From NCBI GenBank assembly GCA_900128565.1, contig LT635911.1, positions 1-64,000 of the forward strand: a DNA stretch of 64,000 nt, in the 5' to 3' direction. The notes beneath the pieces are model-generated. The model ran no database searches. It was given only the letters and a program-made list of their open reading frames with translations, and had not been told where the DNA came from. Position 1 is the stretch's first letter. Every line of letters starts with the position of its first letter. Shown piece by piece: positions 30,663 through 40,561 of this stretch. The DNA comes from Stramenopiles sp. TOSAG23-6. Its lineage: Eukaryota. The position numbers and the translations under genes are program-made.

Positions 30663-32138
30663 TTACACCCGATCATTATCAATAGAGTCACTACACTTCA
30701 AAAAAGAATTGACTTTTTTCACTGTACGTCGTTGTCGCTCTTTCCGACTTTTTTTATTCGCTGCGCCAATTATTTTTCGATCACTAATTTTCTTTTGAGA
30801 CTCCTTCATTTTTTTCTCATTCATATTTATTCTATTATAACTATCGCTTTGAGAAGTTACCTCACTATGATCATTTTTATATGTATCAGTTTCAGTATCT
30901 AAATTCTCATCATCATCAGAAGATTTGTTTTTGTCGACTGTATCATTTTTCTTTGTATCATTTTTCTTCGAAGAAAAATTACTTCCATAACTTCCAGTTT
31001 CATACAAACTTTTCTTTCCATTAGTCTTTTCACTACTCATATCAGACATATTATCTACTAAAGCACGACGAAACTGAATAGATTGCTCAGCTGTCTTGGA
31101 AAAACGATCAAACGCTTTTTGCACTTTGTCTCTAGACTCTAGGATATCAAGTACAGTAGTGATTGCAGTTAATGCCTCAGAAGTCGAACAACGAAGTTGA
31201 GGGTCGGGTCTAAGCATCCACTTGATAGTATCAATACATTGTGAACTCACGTGTTCCCATTCATTCTTATCAAATTTTGGAACAACAGCAAGGTGACAAA
31301 TTTGTTCTGCATAATCTTCAATTTGAGCAGTCCTGAATGGAGATAAACCTGTCAAAAGTGAATATAGAGTTACACCAACACTAAATACATCCGATCGTGA
31401 TGAAAAGCGACCATCTGCAACTTCTGGTGATAGATAGTTTGCTGTTCCACCTACTCGATGAAGTTTGTCTAAAGGCAAAACATCATCAAGTTCAGGGTCA
31501 TAGTCAGCAGACGTCGCAGCATATGGAGCCAAGGTAAATTCTTCAGCACTACCGAAATCAACAAGAACTAAATCACTTCCAACGTCCTTTTCGGCAAACA
31601 TAAAGTTTTCAGGTTTTATGTCTAAATGAGCTACACCACTTCTATGACAGGCCTCGGCAGCACTTAACATCTGAGCAGCGATAACGAGAGCGTCCATTTC
31701 AGTTACGCCTTCGCCTCCTGGAGAGTATGCGGCGTCAATATAATCAAATAAATCACATCCTGTATATAGTGGTAATACTAACATAATACTCTCTTCCGTG
31801 TCAAATACGTCAATTAAGGGAACTACAAATTCATGGTTGACCTTTTGCATACACTGAACTTCTTGTGTATAATTAGGATTAAGCTTTTTTCGTAGAATTT
31901 TCACCGCCGTTCGGTCACCAGTGGCTTTACAGCGCGCTTGCCATACAGTAGCGTATGCACCACAGCCAATTTCTTTTTCAAACGCAAATTCTTCCTGAAT
32001 AGGAGTGTTTTTTGCCTTTAAGAGAGAGTTAGGCCTTAGAGGCGGTATGTGATCAAGCACAGACACAGGTAGAGGGGACATTGTTGAAATGCTTCTCCTG
32101 ATGGAACTGTAGAAAGCAGCCATTTTGGAGGCTAGCAT
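30663..32138 (-). CDS. Ser/Thr protein kinase (CAMK-group-like)
   Basis: GCGAYATV, AVK, HLDIKPEN, DFG, GTANYLSPE, SDVFSVG. Confidence 0.88.
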   Translation of the reverse strand: MLASKMAAFYSSIRRSISTMSPLPVSVLDHIPPLRPNSLLKAKNTPIQEEFAFEKEIGCGAYATVWQARCKATGDRTAVKILRKKLNPNYTQEVQCMQKVNHEFVVPLIDVFDTEESIMLVLPLYTGCDLFDYIDAAYSPGGEGVTEMDALVIAAQMLSAAEACHRSGVAHLDIKPENFMFAEKDVGSDLVLVDFGSAEEFTLAPYAATSADYDPELDDVLPLDKLHRVGGTANYLSPEVADGRFSSRSDVFSVGVTLYSLLTGLSPFRTAQIEDYAEQICHLAVVPKFDKNEWEHVSSQCIDTIKWMLRPDPQLRCSTSEALTAITTVLDILESRDKVQKAFDRFSKTAEQSIQFRRALVDNMSDMSSEKTNGKKSLYETGSYGSNFSSKKNDTKKNDTVDKNKSSDDDENLDTETDTYKNDHSEVTSQSDSYNRINMNEKKMKESQKKISDRKIIGAANKKSRKERQRRTVKKVNSFLKCSDSIDNDRV

Positions 32139-32554
32139 AGGTCAAGTGCCAAGGCTAAGATAACTTCAAAACTGGTGTATTTATCCTTTTCGGGATATAA
32201 GAATTGGATCCTCAAAAGTTCATTTAAGAAAGTCTTCTTCACTCCACACTCTGAAAAATCACTGCATACGCGAGAGGAGAGACATAAAAACACGCAGTCG
32301 CAGACAAGACATCAAAAACAAATTCGCGCGTTGAACGTTCGAAAACAAACACACAGCAGCACACGAAAAACGAGTTTTTTCAAACCTGGGGAGCTTCAAG
32401 CCTTCAACTTCAAGTTGTTTTCAAACTTCGTTTTTTTCATCGGTCTTCAAATATTGTTTAGCTTTTTTTCTGTTGCATTTGTAATGACAATTGACTGATT
32501 CGTAATTTCATTTGCATTGCTTTGGACATGGCTATAAGTTTTTAATACGAAGTT

Positions 32555-35500
32555 ATGGATAGCGTCAGATATAAATCACAAAATCCTTCCTTTAGTGATA
32601 TAACACTCTCTTTAACAGAAGAGCACATCAACACTCAAGGTGTAACTCCAGATTCACTCTTATCAGGATATGATACAAGTGGTACATTGCAAATTGCCCG
32701 AAATATTGGTATCAGAGATGAATTGATTGGGGTTAGAGCTGTCAATCGTCATGGTAACCAGTTTACAAGAAGCTCTTTGCGTGAAGAAGCTGATGTTTCG
32801 CCTCGAAAATCAAAAACGTACGTCCCTTCTTTACAAAGTGGTCTCGAGAATAGCACCACGCTCCACAAGCTCAACCCTGCTTCGCTGCGTACAAATGCTG
32901 AAGTTTCAACTTCTATTGGCTATCTTGAACAACGAGATTTACTTATTGGAAAAATTTCTGACCTTGAGCGTATTACTCGAGAAAGTGAAATATCTTTGAT
33001 GAAGTCTGAACAAGAACTGAAAGAAACACTGGCAGCAGTACCACCGATAAAATTGATAAATAATGCAAAGAATGATATGCAATCTTTTGCTGATTCTCGA
33101 ATTTCGGAGACAAACGAATGTGATATAACTTCAATGGATTCTGTGGCTTTGCTCTTTTCAGAGCTTCAAGAACAAGAAAAGATTGCCGCCGTGAAAGCTA
33201 AAAATGTATCTTATTCACGTCATAGACTTGACGAAAGTCGCAGGGAATTAGATAATCTAAAGTTAGAATTAAAAAAACAATTTGCAGATATATCTCCAAA
33301 ATCATTACAAACTTGTTTGAAAGACGCGCTTAAAGAAAGAGATGACTTAAAATCTGCAGTAAAGACAATGTCAAAGGTAAAAAATGAGGGAAATTCTGTT
33401 GAATTGTTTCATGCAGTGACACCTGAATTACACCAACAACGACTTCGTCCAGTAGCGATTGCAAGAACTTTGTATAAGGATACATTGTCTCAGCACAAAT
33501 CCGTACTTCAACAGACTCCGGTGTTACAACAGACTCCACAAAATATTCAGAATAAAGATGAAAATAGTTCTGACTTTCATAATATACGTAGTGTTCATCA
33601 AAATATAGTACAAAATAGAGCACCTACAATAGAAATGGAAAAAATAAATATTCTTAGAGAACATTTGAATAAATCAAGTGCTGAACTTTTAGTTAAAAAT
33701 AAGGCTATAATGAAAGCAACACGAAATTGTACTAATGCTATTCTGAGTAAGAAAAGAGCTGAAAAGATGTGTTCCACTTTGACCACAGAAATAAAAGCTT
33801 TACGTGAAGAATATTCTAATATATGTCAAACACATGAAAATCGTATTAGTACTCACCATAATGAATATAATGATTTAGGGACTACTCATGAAAAGGAAGT
33901 AGTAAAATTGAAAGAAGAATATGCTAATATGTGTCAAACACTTGAAAATCGTATTAGTACTCATCATAATGAATATAATGAATTAGAAACATCACTAGAA
34001 ATCAATCACCAAAATGAAGTAACAAAACTGAAGGAAGATCACGAAATATATGTGAAAAAAATAGTGCATGCAAAAGAAAAACAAACATTGGCAGTAAATG
34101 ATTCTTTAGTGAACGAACATCAAATTACTGTGGAGTCACTAAATAATGATCATTCGATTGTTGTAGAAAATTTACAAAAAGAATTTCAAAGTAAACTATC
34201 TCAAATAAAACTACTTGAAAATAAAGAGAAAAATAGTTTTTATAGTAGAGTAAATGCACAAGAAGAAAAACAACGTTTAATATTGAATGAAGCAGAACAA
34301 GTATACGAAGGAAAACTTAAGGCTTTAAAAGCGGAACTTGATACAGCAACGTCAGCACATGCTTTAGTATTAGCAAATAAGGCAGACTGGTTGAAAGTAG
34401 AACAAGAAAAACATCGTGAGGAAAATCATATTCTACAGGCTAGATACAATGATCTACATGTACAACATGAAGAAATGTGTGCTTCAAACAATTTGAAAAA
34501 TATAGAACACAGAGAACTTTTTGAAAGAGAATGTCAATCGAAGAATGAGGAGAAAATTGAGTATAAGAAATTATTAGAGTTGGAAAGAGAAGAGAGTTTT
34601 AAAAGATCAAATAATACTATTGAAAATCTGGAAGTTATGATGAAAACAAAACATGAGGAAGAAATAAAGTTTCTCACTGCTTCGCTAGAAGATGTAAAAG
34701 AAGAATTCCACAAAGAAATAGCAATACAAAAACAATCGTTTAGTATTAAAAAGAAAGAATTGCAGGAAATTCATGCTGTAGACGTAAACACGAAATCTCA
34801 TGAGGATAAAAAAGAGCGAGAGAATATGATATCTGAAATAAGTAAAGAGTATATGACTGAAATTTCATCATTAGAGATGAAAAATTCATTGAAGCTTGAG
34901 AAAGTACGTGGCGAATGTAATTCAATTTCTATTCAATATGAAAAAGAATTGGAAGAATTTGCAAAACATTCTAATTCAAAAAATACAATACATTTGAATA
35001 ATATAGAAGCTAAGTATACGACGGAACTCAATGTCCTACGACAGGAGCAATCTTTTGCACAAAGACTTAATCAAGAAAAAGAAGCAAATAAAATGAATGA
35101 TATTATTGCACTACAAGCAAAATATTATAATAATGAAGCCTCTATTAAAGCAGAATTGGACGAAACGCGAACTCAAAATCAGTGTAATATGATTGAAATG
35201 AAAACAAGACACGGGCTGGAAGTTGCTGAAATGAATGCAGAACATACAAGAATGAACACATCCTTACAACACATGCACGAAAGCAAAATGAAAGATTTAC
35301 AGCTATCATTTTCAAGAGAAAGTTTAATAGAAAAAGAAAAATATGAAAATACTCTTCAAAAAATGGTAAAATCAGTAGAATCAAATTTAAGTGCAAAGTA
35401 TCAAAAAGATATCTCCAAAGTCAAAGGCCGTATTGGCGATGAAAATAAAAAGTTACGAAAACTTCTCAACCAAACCGGTCAAATTCGTTCAGAATTCCGT

Positions 35501-38500
35501 GAAATGGATTCATCTAGGGCAAAGTTAAGTCATCGTCTGACATGCACTAAAGAAAAATTACGTTCTGAAACTCAACGAGCAGATGCAGCAGAGGTAATGG
35601 CATCTGATAATTTTCGCTTACACAACCATATTGACACATTAAAATCGCGTCTAGAGTGGGAGGAAAACCAAAAGCAATTACTTGAAAAAGCAAAATTTGC
35701 AATCGAATCAAAGTTGATGAGTGTACAAAACGATCATGTCACTAAAATGTTGGAAATGGGTGTAAGTGTCGGTATCAAACAATCCGAAATTGAGTCAGCT
35801 AAAGTCGCACATATAGAGGAAATGAGAAAAGAAAGTGAATTACGACTAAATGCATTAGAAGAAAAAGATAAGCTTACCATTGATTTTGAAGATAAACTTG
35901 CTTTAGCATCTGCTGTTGGCAACGCTATTAGGCGAGAACTAGAAGAACAATTACCTCGTTTAGTTGCTGAAGTTGAAGAATTGCAAATCGAAAAAGAGGA
36001 CACAGTTACAAAGTGGAATGAATATAGTGAAAAGAAAGAGTCTGATATCGCCATTCTAGAAACAACTGTAGACGCTTTGGCTGCTGATAAAGTTGCTCTA
36101 GAAAATAAATGTACAGAAATGCAAATTCGATGGGCTGAATTGCACCAAAATTCCAATAGTTTTGAAACTCAAAGCTACGAAAACGAAGTATTGCAAAACG
36201 AATTATCTGAATTAAAAGATCAGCTTTTAAATACCGAGGATCGTTTGAGTGCTGAAACTGAGCAACATCTGCAGACACAAAAATTTGTGCAAGTAGACCA
36301 AGAAAATACAAAGCGTAAACTCGAGGAGTTAAAAGAATGTTTACTTATGGCAGAAACTGTGGCTGATACTTTGCCTATTCAGGAAGCTAAATATAATAAT
36401 TTACTCTTGGAATTTAACAAAGAAAGAAAAGCTCGTGAGATAATGGACGAAGTAGTGAAGCAAGATAAGGAAAAGATATCTGAGATGAACACAAATTTAC
36501 TTGTGCTGGAAAAAAAGTTACAAGACATGCGGGAAAATACTTCGATAGAATTAAGTCAGTGTGTGTCCCAAGCACAATCTGAAAAGAATATTTTAAATGC
36601 AAAAATAGAGAGTCTTTCTATTGAAATATCAGAACTTGAATCAGAAGTACAGAAAAAAAATATGAAAAACGAAGAATTACGTCGAATAAGTAGAGATGAA
36701 CATTTACCAGAGATAGTTAGATTAAAAACTAAAGTTGAAAAATGTTCTAGTCTCATACAAAAGGAAAAACGAGTATCATTAGAACTCCATTTTGCTCACG
36801 AAGAAATTCGCAAGTTGAAACAATCGGTTAAAAATGCATTAAATCGTTTAGGAAATGAACAAGAGAATGTATTACAATCAGAATTAAGAAATAAGCGTTA
36901 TACTGCAGAACTTAAAGTGAGTGAAAAATCGTTAGCTGCTACACATGTACAAATGCGTAAAGATAAGTCTAAAATACGTAAACTCCAGTGTCAATTGAAT
37001 GATTTGTTGGACAATGAGAAATCTGTAGAAACAAAAGTTTTAAACTCGGATATGAAGGCTAGAGATGCAGAAGAAAAGCTGCTAGAAGTATCCAGAAATG
37101 CAGAAGAAAAACAGCAAACCTTGGAAAATAGAGCTAGAAATGCAGAAATAAAGTGTAAGGAAATGGAAATGAAGATGAAGAAATTAGAAGACGATCTTAA
37201 AGCAGCTCGGAAAGATAGTAGTTCAAATTTATCAGAAATATCTGATTTGAAGCAAGCCCTTTCAACTTCAAAAGAAACATTTAATAATGTTGAGGATAAA
37301 TTTCGACGTGAAAAGCGTGAAAGACAAAACAATGACAAAATTGTAAGTAAATTAAAGGCCACTATTGTTGCCAATGGATCGGCATTAAAGACTATAAAGT
37401 CAGAGAAGCGAAAGTTGGAAAGAAAACTAGAATCAAGTTTGTCGTCGCTTGATCAATATACTAATGTAACAAAAGACTTAAAGTCAAAGGTAAAAACTTT
37501 AAAAAAATCTTGTGCAAACAATGACGTTATCATAAAAGAGCTAAGATTAAAAGTTGAAGAAACAGAGCGGAAAAACAATGTTAGTAAAACAAGTATTAAA
37601 GAACTCGAAGGACAATTAGAAAAAGCACAACGTCATGGAAACAATGAAGCATTTACGATAGAATCTCTAAAGGACAAATTAGAAGAAGCATTGTACGAAA
37701 TTAAATGTGAAAAAGTCAACACGAGAGATTTCAAGGTAAAATTAGAGAAATCAAATCGTAAAGTTGAAAATAATGAAACTCTTTTGAAAGAAATCAATCA
37801 AGAACTTGATGACGAAAGGAAGCGGCATACATCTGCTATTACAAAGTATCGAAAACGAGATGAAGAATTTAGTATAAAAGTGAAAAAAATGAAAAAAAAT
37901 AATTTTCAGTTAAAATCGGATCTTGAAAAGTTACAATTAGAAGTAACTCTAGCAAAAGAGTATAAATTGAAAACATCTACAGAAATTAAGACATTGCGTG
38001 TAGAATCTTCAGCCTTGAGAACAAAATATTCCAAAATGGAACTTTTAATGCAAAAGAAATTATCGAATCTTCGTGCAAAAGATCGAGAACTTCAGAAAAT
38101 CTCATTAAAAAATGCCGAAACAGAGCAAATGTTATTATTTAAAAAGGATGAATTAAATAGTTTGTCCATTAGTCTCAAGGAGAGTGAAGAATTTGCAGAA
38201 ATGCAAAATACGAAAATAAAGAAAGTAGAAGAAAATTTTAGAGAAGATCAGAGAGCTGCCAAAATGACAAATCTAAAGATGAAAAAACAATTAGAAAAAT
38301 ATAGAGAAACTGAAATAATTTTACGCAAACAATTAGAAATATCAGCCAAAACTTTATGGGAGAAAGATGCAGAGAGTAAACATATTTTAGATCAAGCAAA
38401 GGAAATGTTGGAAGGTGCATTAACAGATGAAGATATATCGAAACTTGGAACTTCTTCTGTAGGCAAAAGCAAAACAGGATATAATGATATTTCAACTTGT

Positions 38501-38578
38501 GGCGACTTTTTTTCAGTACAAGAAGAATTTGTCGGTGAAACACCGCCAGTGTCAAAATCTTTATCAAAGTGGGGATAA
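32555..38578 (+). CDS. Giant coiled-coil protein (2007 aa), function unknown
   Basis: Long uninterrupted E/K-rich heptad ORF; internal duplication EEY.N.CQT.ENRISTHHNEYN. Confidence 0.75.
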   Translation: MDSVRYKSQNPSFSDITLSLTEEHINTQGVTPDSLLSGYDTSGTLQIARNIGIRDELIGVRAVNRHGNQFTRSSLREEADVSPRKSKTYVPSLQSGLENSTTLHKLNPASLRTNAEVSTSIGYLEQRDLLIGKISDLERITRESEISLMKSEQELKETLAAVPPIKLINNAKNDMQSFADSRISETNECDITSMDSVALLFSELQEQEKIAAVKAKNVSYSRHRLDESRRELDNLKLELKKQFADISPKSLQTCLKDALKERDDLKSAVKTMSKVKNEGNSVELFHAVTPELHQQRLRPVAIARTLYKDTLSQHKSVLQQTPVLQQTPQNIQNKDENSSDFHNIRSVHQNIVQNRAPTIEMEKINILREHLNKSSAELLVKNKAIMKATRNCTNAILSKKRAEKMCSTLTTEIKALREEYSNICQTHENRISTHHNEYNDLGTTHEKEVVKLKEEYANMCQTLENRISTHHNEYNELETSLEINHQNEVTKLKEDHEIYVKKIVHAKEKQTLAVNDSLVNEHQITVESLNNDHSIVVENLQKEFQSKLSQIKLLENKEKNSFYSRVNAQEEKQRLILNEAEQVYEGKLKALKAELDTATSAHALVLANKADWLKVEQEKHREENHILQARYNDLHVQHEEMCASNNLKNIEHRELFERECQSKNEEKIEYKKLLELEREESFKRSNNTIENLEVMMKTKHEEEIKFLTASLEDVKEEFHKEIAIQKQSFSIKKKELQEIHAVDVNTKSHEDKKERENMISEISKEYMTEISSLEMKNSLKLEKVRGECNSISIQYEKELEEFAKHSNSKNTIHLNNIEAKYTTELNVLRQEQSFAQRLNQEKEANKMNDIIALQAKYYNNEASIKAELDETRTQNQCNMIEMKTRHGLEVAEMNAEHTRMNTSLQHMHESKMKDLQLSFSRESLIEKEKYENTLQKMVKSVESNLSAKYQKDISKVKGRIGDENKKLRKLLNQTGQIRSEFREMDSSRAKLSHRLTCTKEKLRSETQRADAAEVMASDNFRLHNHIDTLKSRLEWEENQKQLLEKAKFAIESKLMSVQNDHVTKMLEMGVSVGIKQSEIESAKVAHIEEMRKESELRLNALEEKDKLTIDFEDKLALASAVGNAIRRELEEQLPRLVAEVEELQIEKEDTVTKWNEYSEKKESDIAILETTVDALAADKVALENKCTEMQIRWAELHQNSNSFETQSYENEVLQNELSELKDQLLNTEDRLSAETEQHLQTQKFVQVDQENTKRKLEELKECLLMAETVADTLPIQEAKYNNLLLEFNKERKAREIMDEVVKQDKEKISEMNTNLLVLEKKLQDMRENTSIELSQCVSQAQSEKNILNAKIESLSIEISELESEVQKKNMKNEELRRISRDEHLPEIVRLKTKVEKCSSLIQKEKRVSLELHFAHEEIRKLKQSVKNALNRLGNEQENVLQSELRNKRYTAELKVSEKSLAATHVQMRKDKSKIRKLQCQLNDLLDNEKSVETKVLNSDMKARDAEEKLLEVSRNAEEKQQTLENRARNAEIKCKEMEMKMKKLEDDLKAARKDSSSNLSEISDLKQALSTSKETFNNVEDKFRREKRERQNNDKIVSKLKATIVANGSALKTIKSEKRKLERKLESSLSSLDQYTNVTKDLKSKVKTLKKSCANNDVIIKELRLKVEETERKNNVSKTSIKELEGQLEKAQRHGNNEAFTIESLKDKLEEALYEIKCEKVNTRDFKVKLEKSNRKVENNETLLKEINQELDDERKRHTSAITKYRKRDEEFSIKVKKMKKNNFQLKSDLEKLQLEVTLAKEYKLKTSTEIKTLRVESSALRTKYSKMELLMQKKLSNLRAKDRELQKISLKNAETEQMLLFKKDELNSLSISLKESEEFAEMQNTKIKKVEENFREDQRAAKMTNLKMKKQLEKYRETEIILRKQLEISAKTLWEKDAESKHILDQAKEMLEGALTDEDISKLGTSSVGKSKTGYNDISTCGDFFSVQEEFVGETPPVSKSLSKWG

Positions 38579-39005
38579 AAAATAATTTGTTATTTTACTC
38601 GTACTTCATGATAATACGAAATCCAATTATAATAGTATAATATATATATATATATATCAAGTAATAAAAACTTTAAAATGATNACATTTTATAATTCTTC
38701 TTCAAAAACTCCAATATTTTCATTATTTACTACAAATAATTCATACATAATGCTGTTTTTTAGAACCGACTCAAATCGAATCTGAAATCTCAATCGACCG
38801 GTAAAATCTCCACTGACTAGACGAGAGAAATAAATCGATTATCGAGGGGAGGCTGTTTCGTCTTACTGTGACCTTGATAATCCTTTTGAGGGCAATTGCT
38901 TTGTACGCCCAGCACATCGATAAAGCACGTACTATATATAATAGTGTATAATATATATTCAAGTGGTTCATCATCTCATTCGCTGGACATATTGTGAATC
39001 CGAAC

Positions 39006-40208
39006 ATGGGCGGATGCTTTAACAAGCAACAACCCATAAGTGGACCATCAAGTCCCTCTACTAGAGGAAATAAACAGAGTACGTATTCATCGTCCAGTGC
39101 TGAGCTTTTACGAGATACAATAGAATACAATAATAGACAAGATCCTCGTATTGCTCCTTCCGTACGATATGCTGGTACAGCTGATTTTGATAAGGAAGTC
39201 AGTGTCAGGGAGAATGTTGTGTGGAAGCGTACAGCTGACCCTGGTTCAAGGCTAAAGCGCGGCGACTGTATTAACAATTATCGAGTGCATAGTTCAAAGC
39301 CACTTGGTAAAGGGTTCCAAAGTATTGTATATTTAGTTGAAGATGATGGATCTGGACCTCGTGCTGGTTACCTATCTTTAGGGTTAGATAACGAGAAATA
39401 TGCCATGAAAGTTTTGAAAGTCAAAAGAATGGCACACGCGAAAAAAGGTCTCGTTGCAAAGGGCGAGAATTTCAAGGCGAATGCTGGACAAGATGATGTT
39501 TGGGCTGAAATACAGGTTGGAAAAATGACGCGACATAAAAACTTGACTCGTCTTGTGGAGGTTATCCGAGGAAACGAGTCAAGTGAAATTATTTTATTGA
39601 TGGAATTAGAGCCAAATGGAATAGTTGTAGATAAAAAAAAAGGTGAATATTTACCAGTAGGACTTGCTCAATCATACTTTCGGGACTCTATTGATGGTAT
39701 AGCATATCTCCATAAATTAGGAATTGTACATCGTGATTTGAAAGTTGAAAATTTGCTTGTTGGGAAAGAAAACATTGTCAAACTAGCTGATTTTGGAATG
39801 GCGCATATAATTAACGATGTGAAAAGTGATCCATTAGGGTCAGGACTCAAACGCGGTATTGGTTCAAGGAAATATCGCGCACCTGAAGTGTTTTTGGCGC
39901 ATGAAATGGCACCAGAAGGTGAATATGATGGAGTTCCAGCAGACATTTGGTCAATTGGTTGTTGTTTACACTGTATGATTACTGGAAAATTGCCTTTCTC
40001 TCATAAAGATAAAAAAGAGCTATCTCGTATTGTCCAAAATCAGCCTTATCCTGTGAAAGATTTTCCAAAGATTTCTTCGCGTCCAATGCTGAGAGATTTA
40101 ATGCTAAAATTATTAGAAAAAGATCCTCAAAAACGAATTACTATTGATGAAATTTTAAAACACCCTTGGATGTCGTGTAAAGCAGAATTTGATCGTGAAC
40201 AATCCTAA
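39006..40208 (+). CDS. Ser/Thr kinase, CaMKK-like, with predicted N-myristoylation/palmitoylation (MGGC)
   Basis: GKGFQSIV, YAMK, HRDLKVEN, DFG, APE, DIWSIG. Confidence 0.85.
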   Translation: MGGCFNKQQPISGPSSPSTRGNKQSTYSSSSAELLRDTIEYNNRQDPRIAPSVRYAGTADFDKEVSVRENVVWKRTADPGSRLKRGDCINNYRVHSSKPLGKGFQSIVYLVEDDGSGPRAGYLSLGLDNEKYAMKVLKVKRMAHAKKGLVAKGENFKANAGQDDVWAEIQVGKMTRHKNLTRLVEVIRGNESSEIILLMELEPNGIVVDKKKGEYLPVGLAQSYFRDSIDGIAYLHKLGIVHRDLKVENLLVGKENIVKLADFGMAHIINDVKSDPLGSGLKRGIGSRKYRAPEVFLAHEMAPEGEYDGVPADIWSIGCCLHCMITGKLPFSHKDKKELSRIVQNQPYPVKDFPKISSRPMLRDLMLKLLEKDPQKRITIDEILKHPWMSCKAEFDREQS

Positions 40209-40561
40209 TTGTTTATTAATAATATATGTTATAGAAAAGGTGAAATAGATGAAAAATAAATGTATTTTAAAAATTTGAATTGGTTTAGTAAATCTCAAAT
40301 ATCTCAAATCAAAAAATAATAAACAATAAATAGGAGATCGATCGAATTTAGGAATTTATTTTCACTTCAAGAAACTCGCGAACCGAAAGAAAGTCCGAAA
40401 CTTGCGAATTAATTTTTCGGAAGGTAGAGACTGAAAAGTATATAATCTCAAATCTCGATTGAGCTACTCGTTATTTGCATTTGTACTAATTTTGCATCTG
40501 TTCATGCACAACTTGTGTTAATAGTGGGTTTTCTGTCAATTATAGTTGGCTAGAAAAAAGA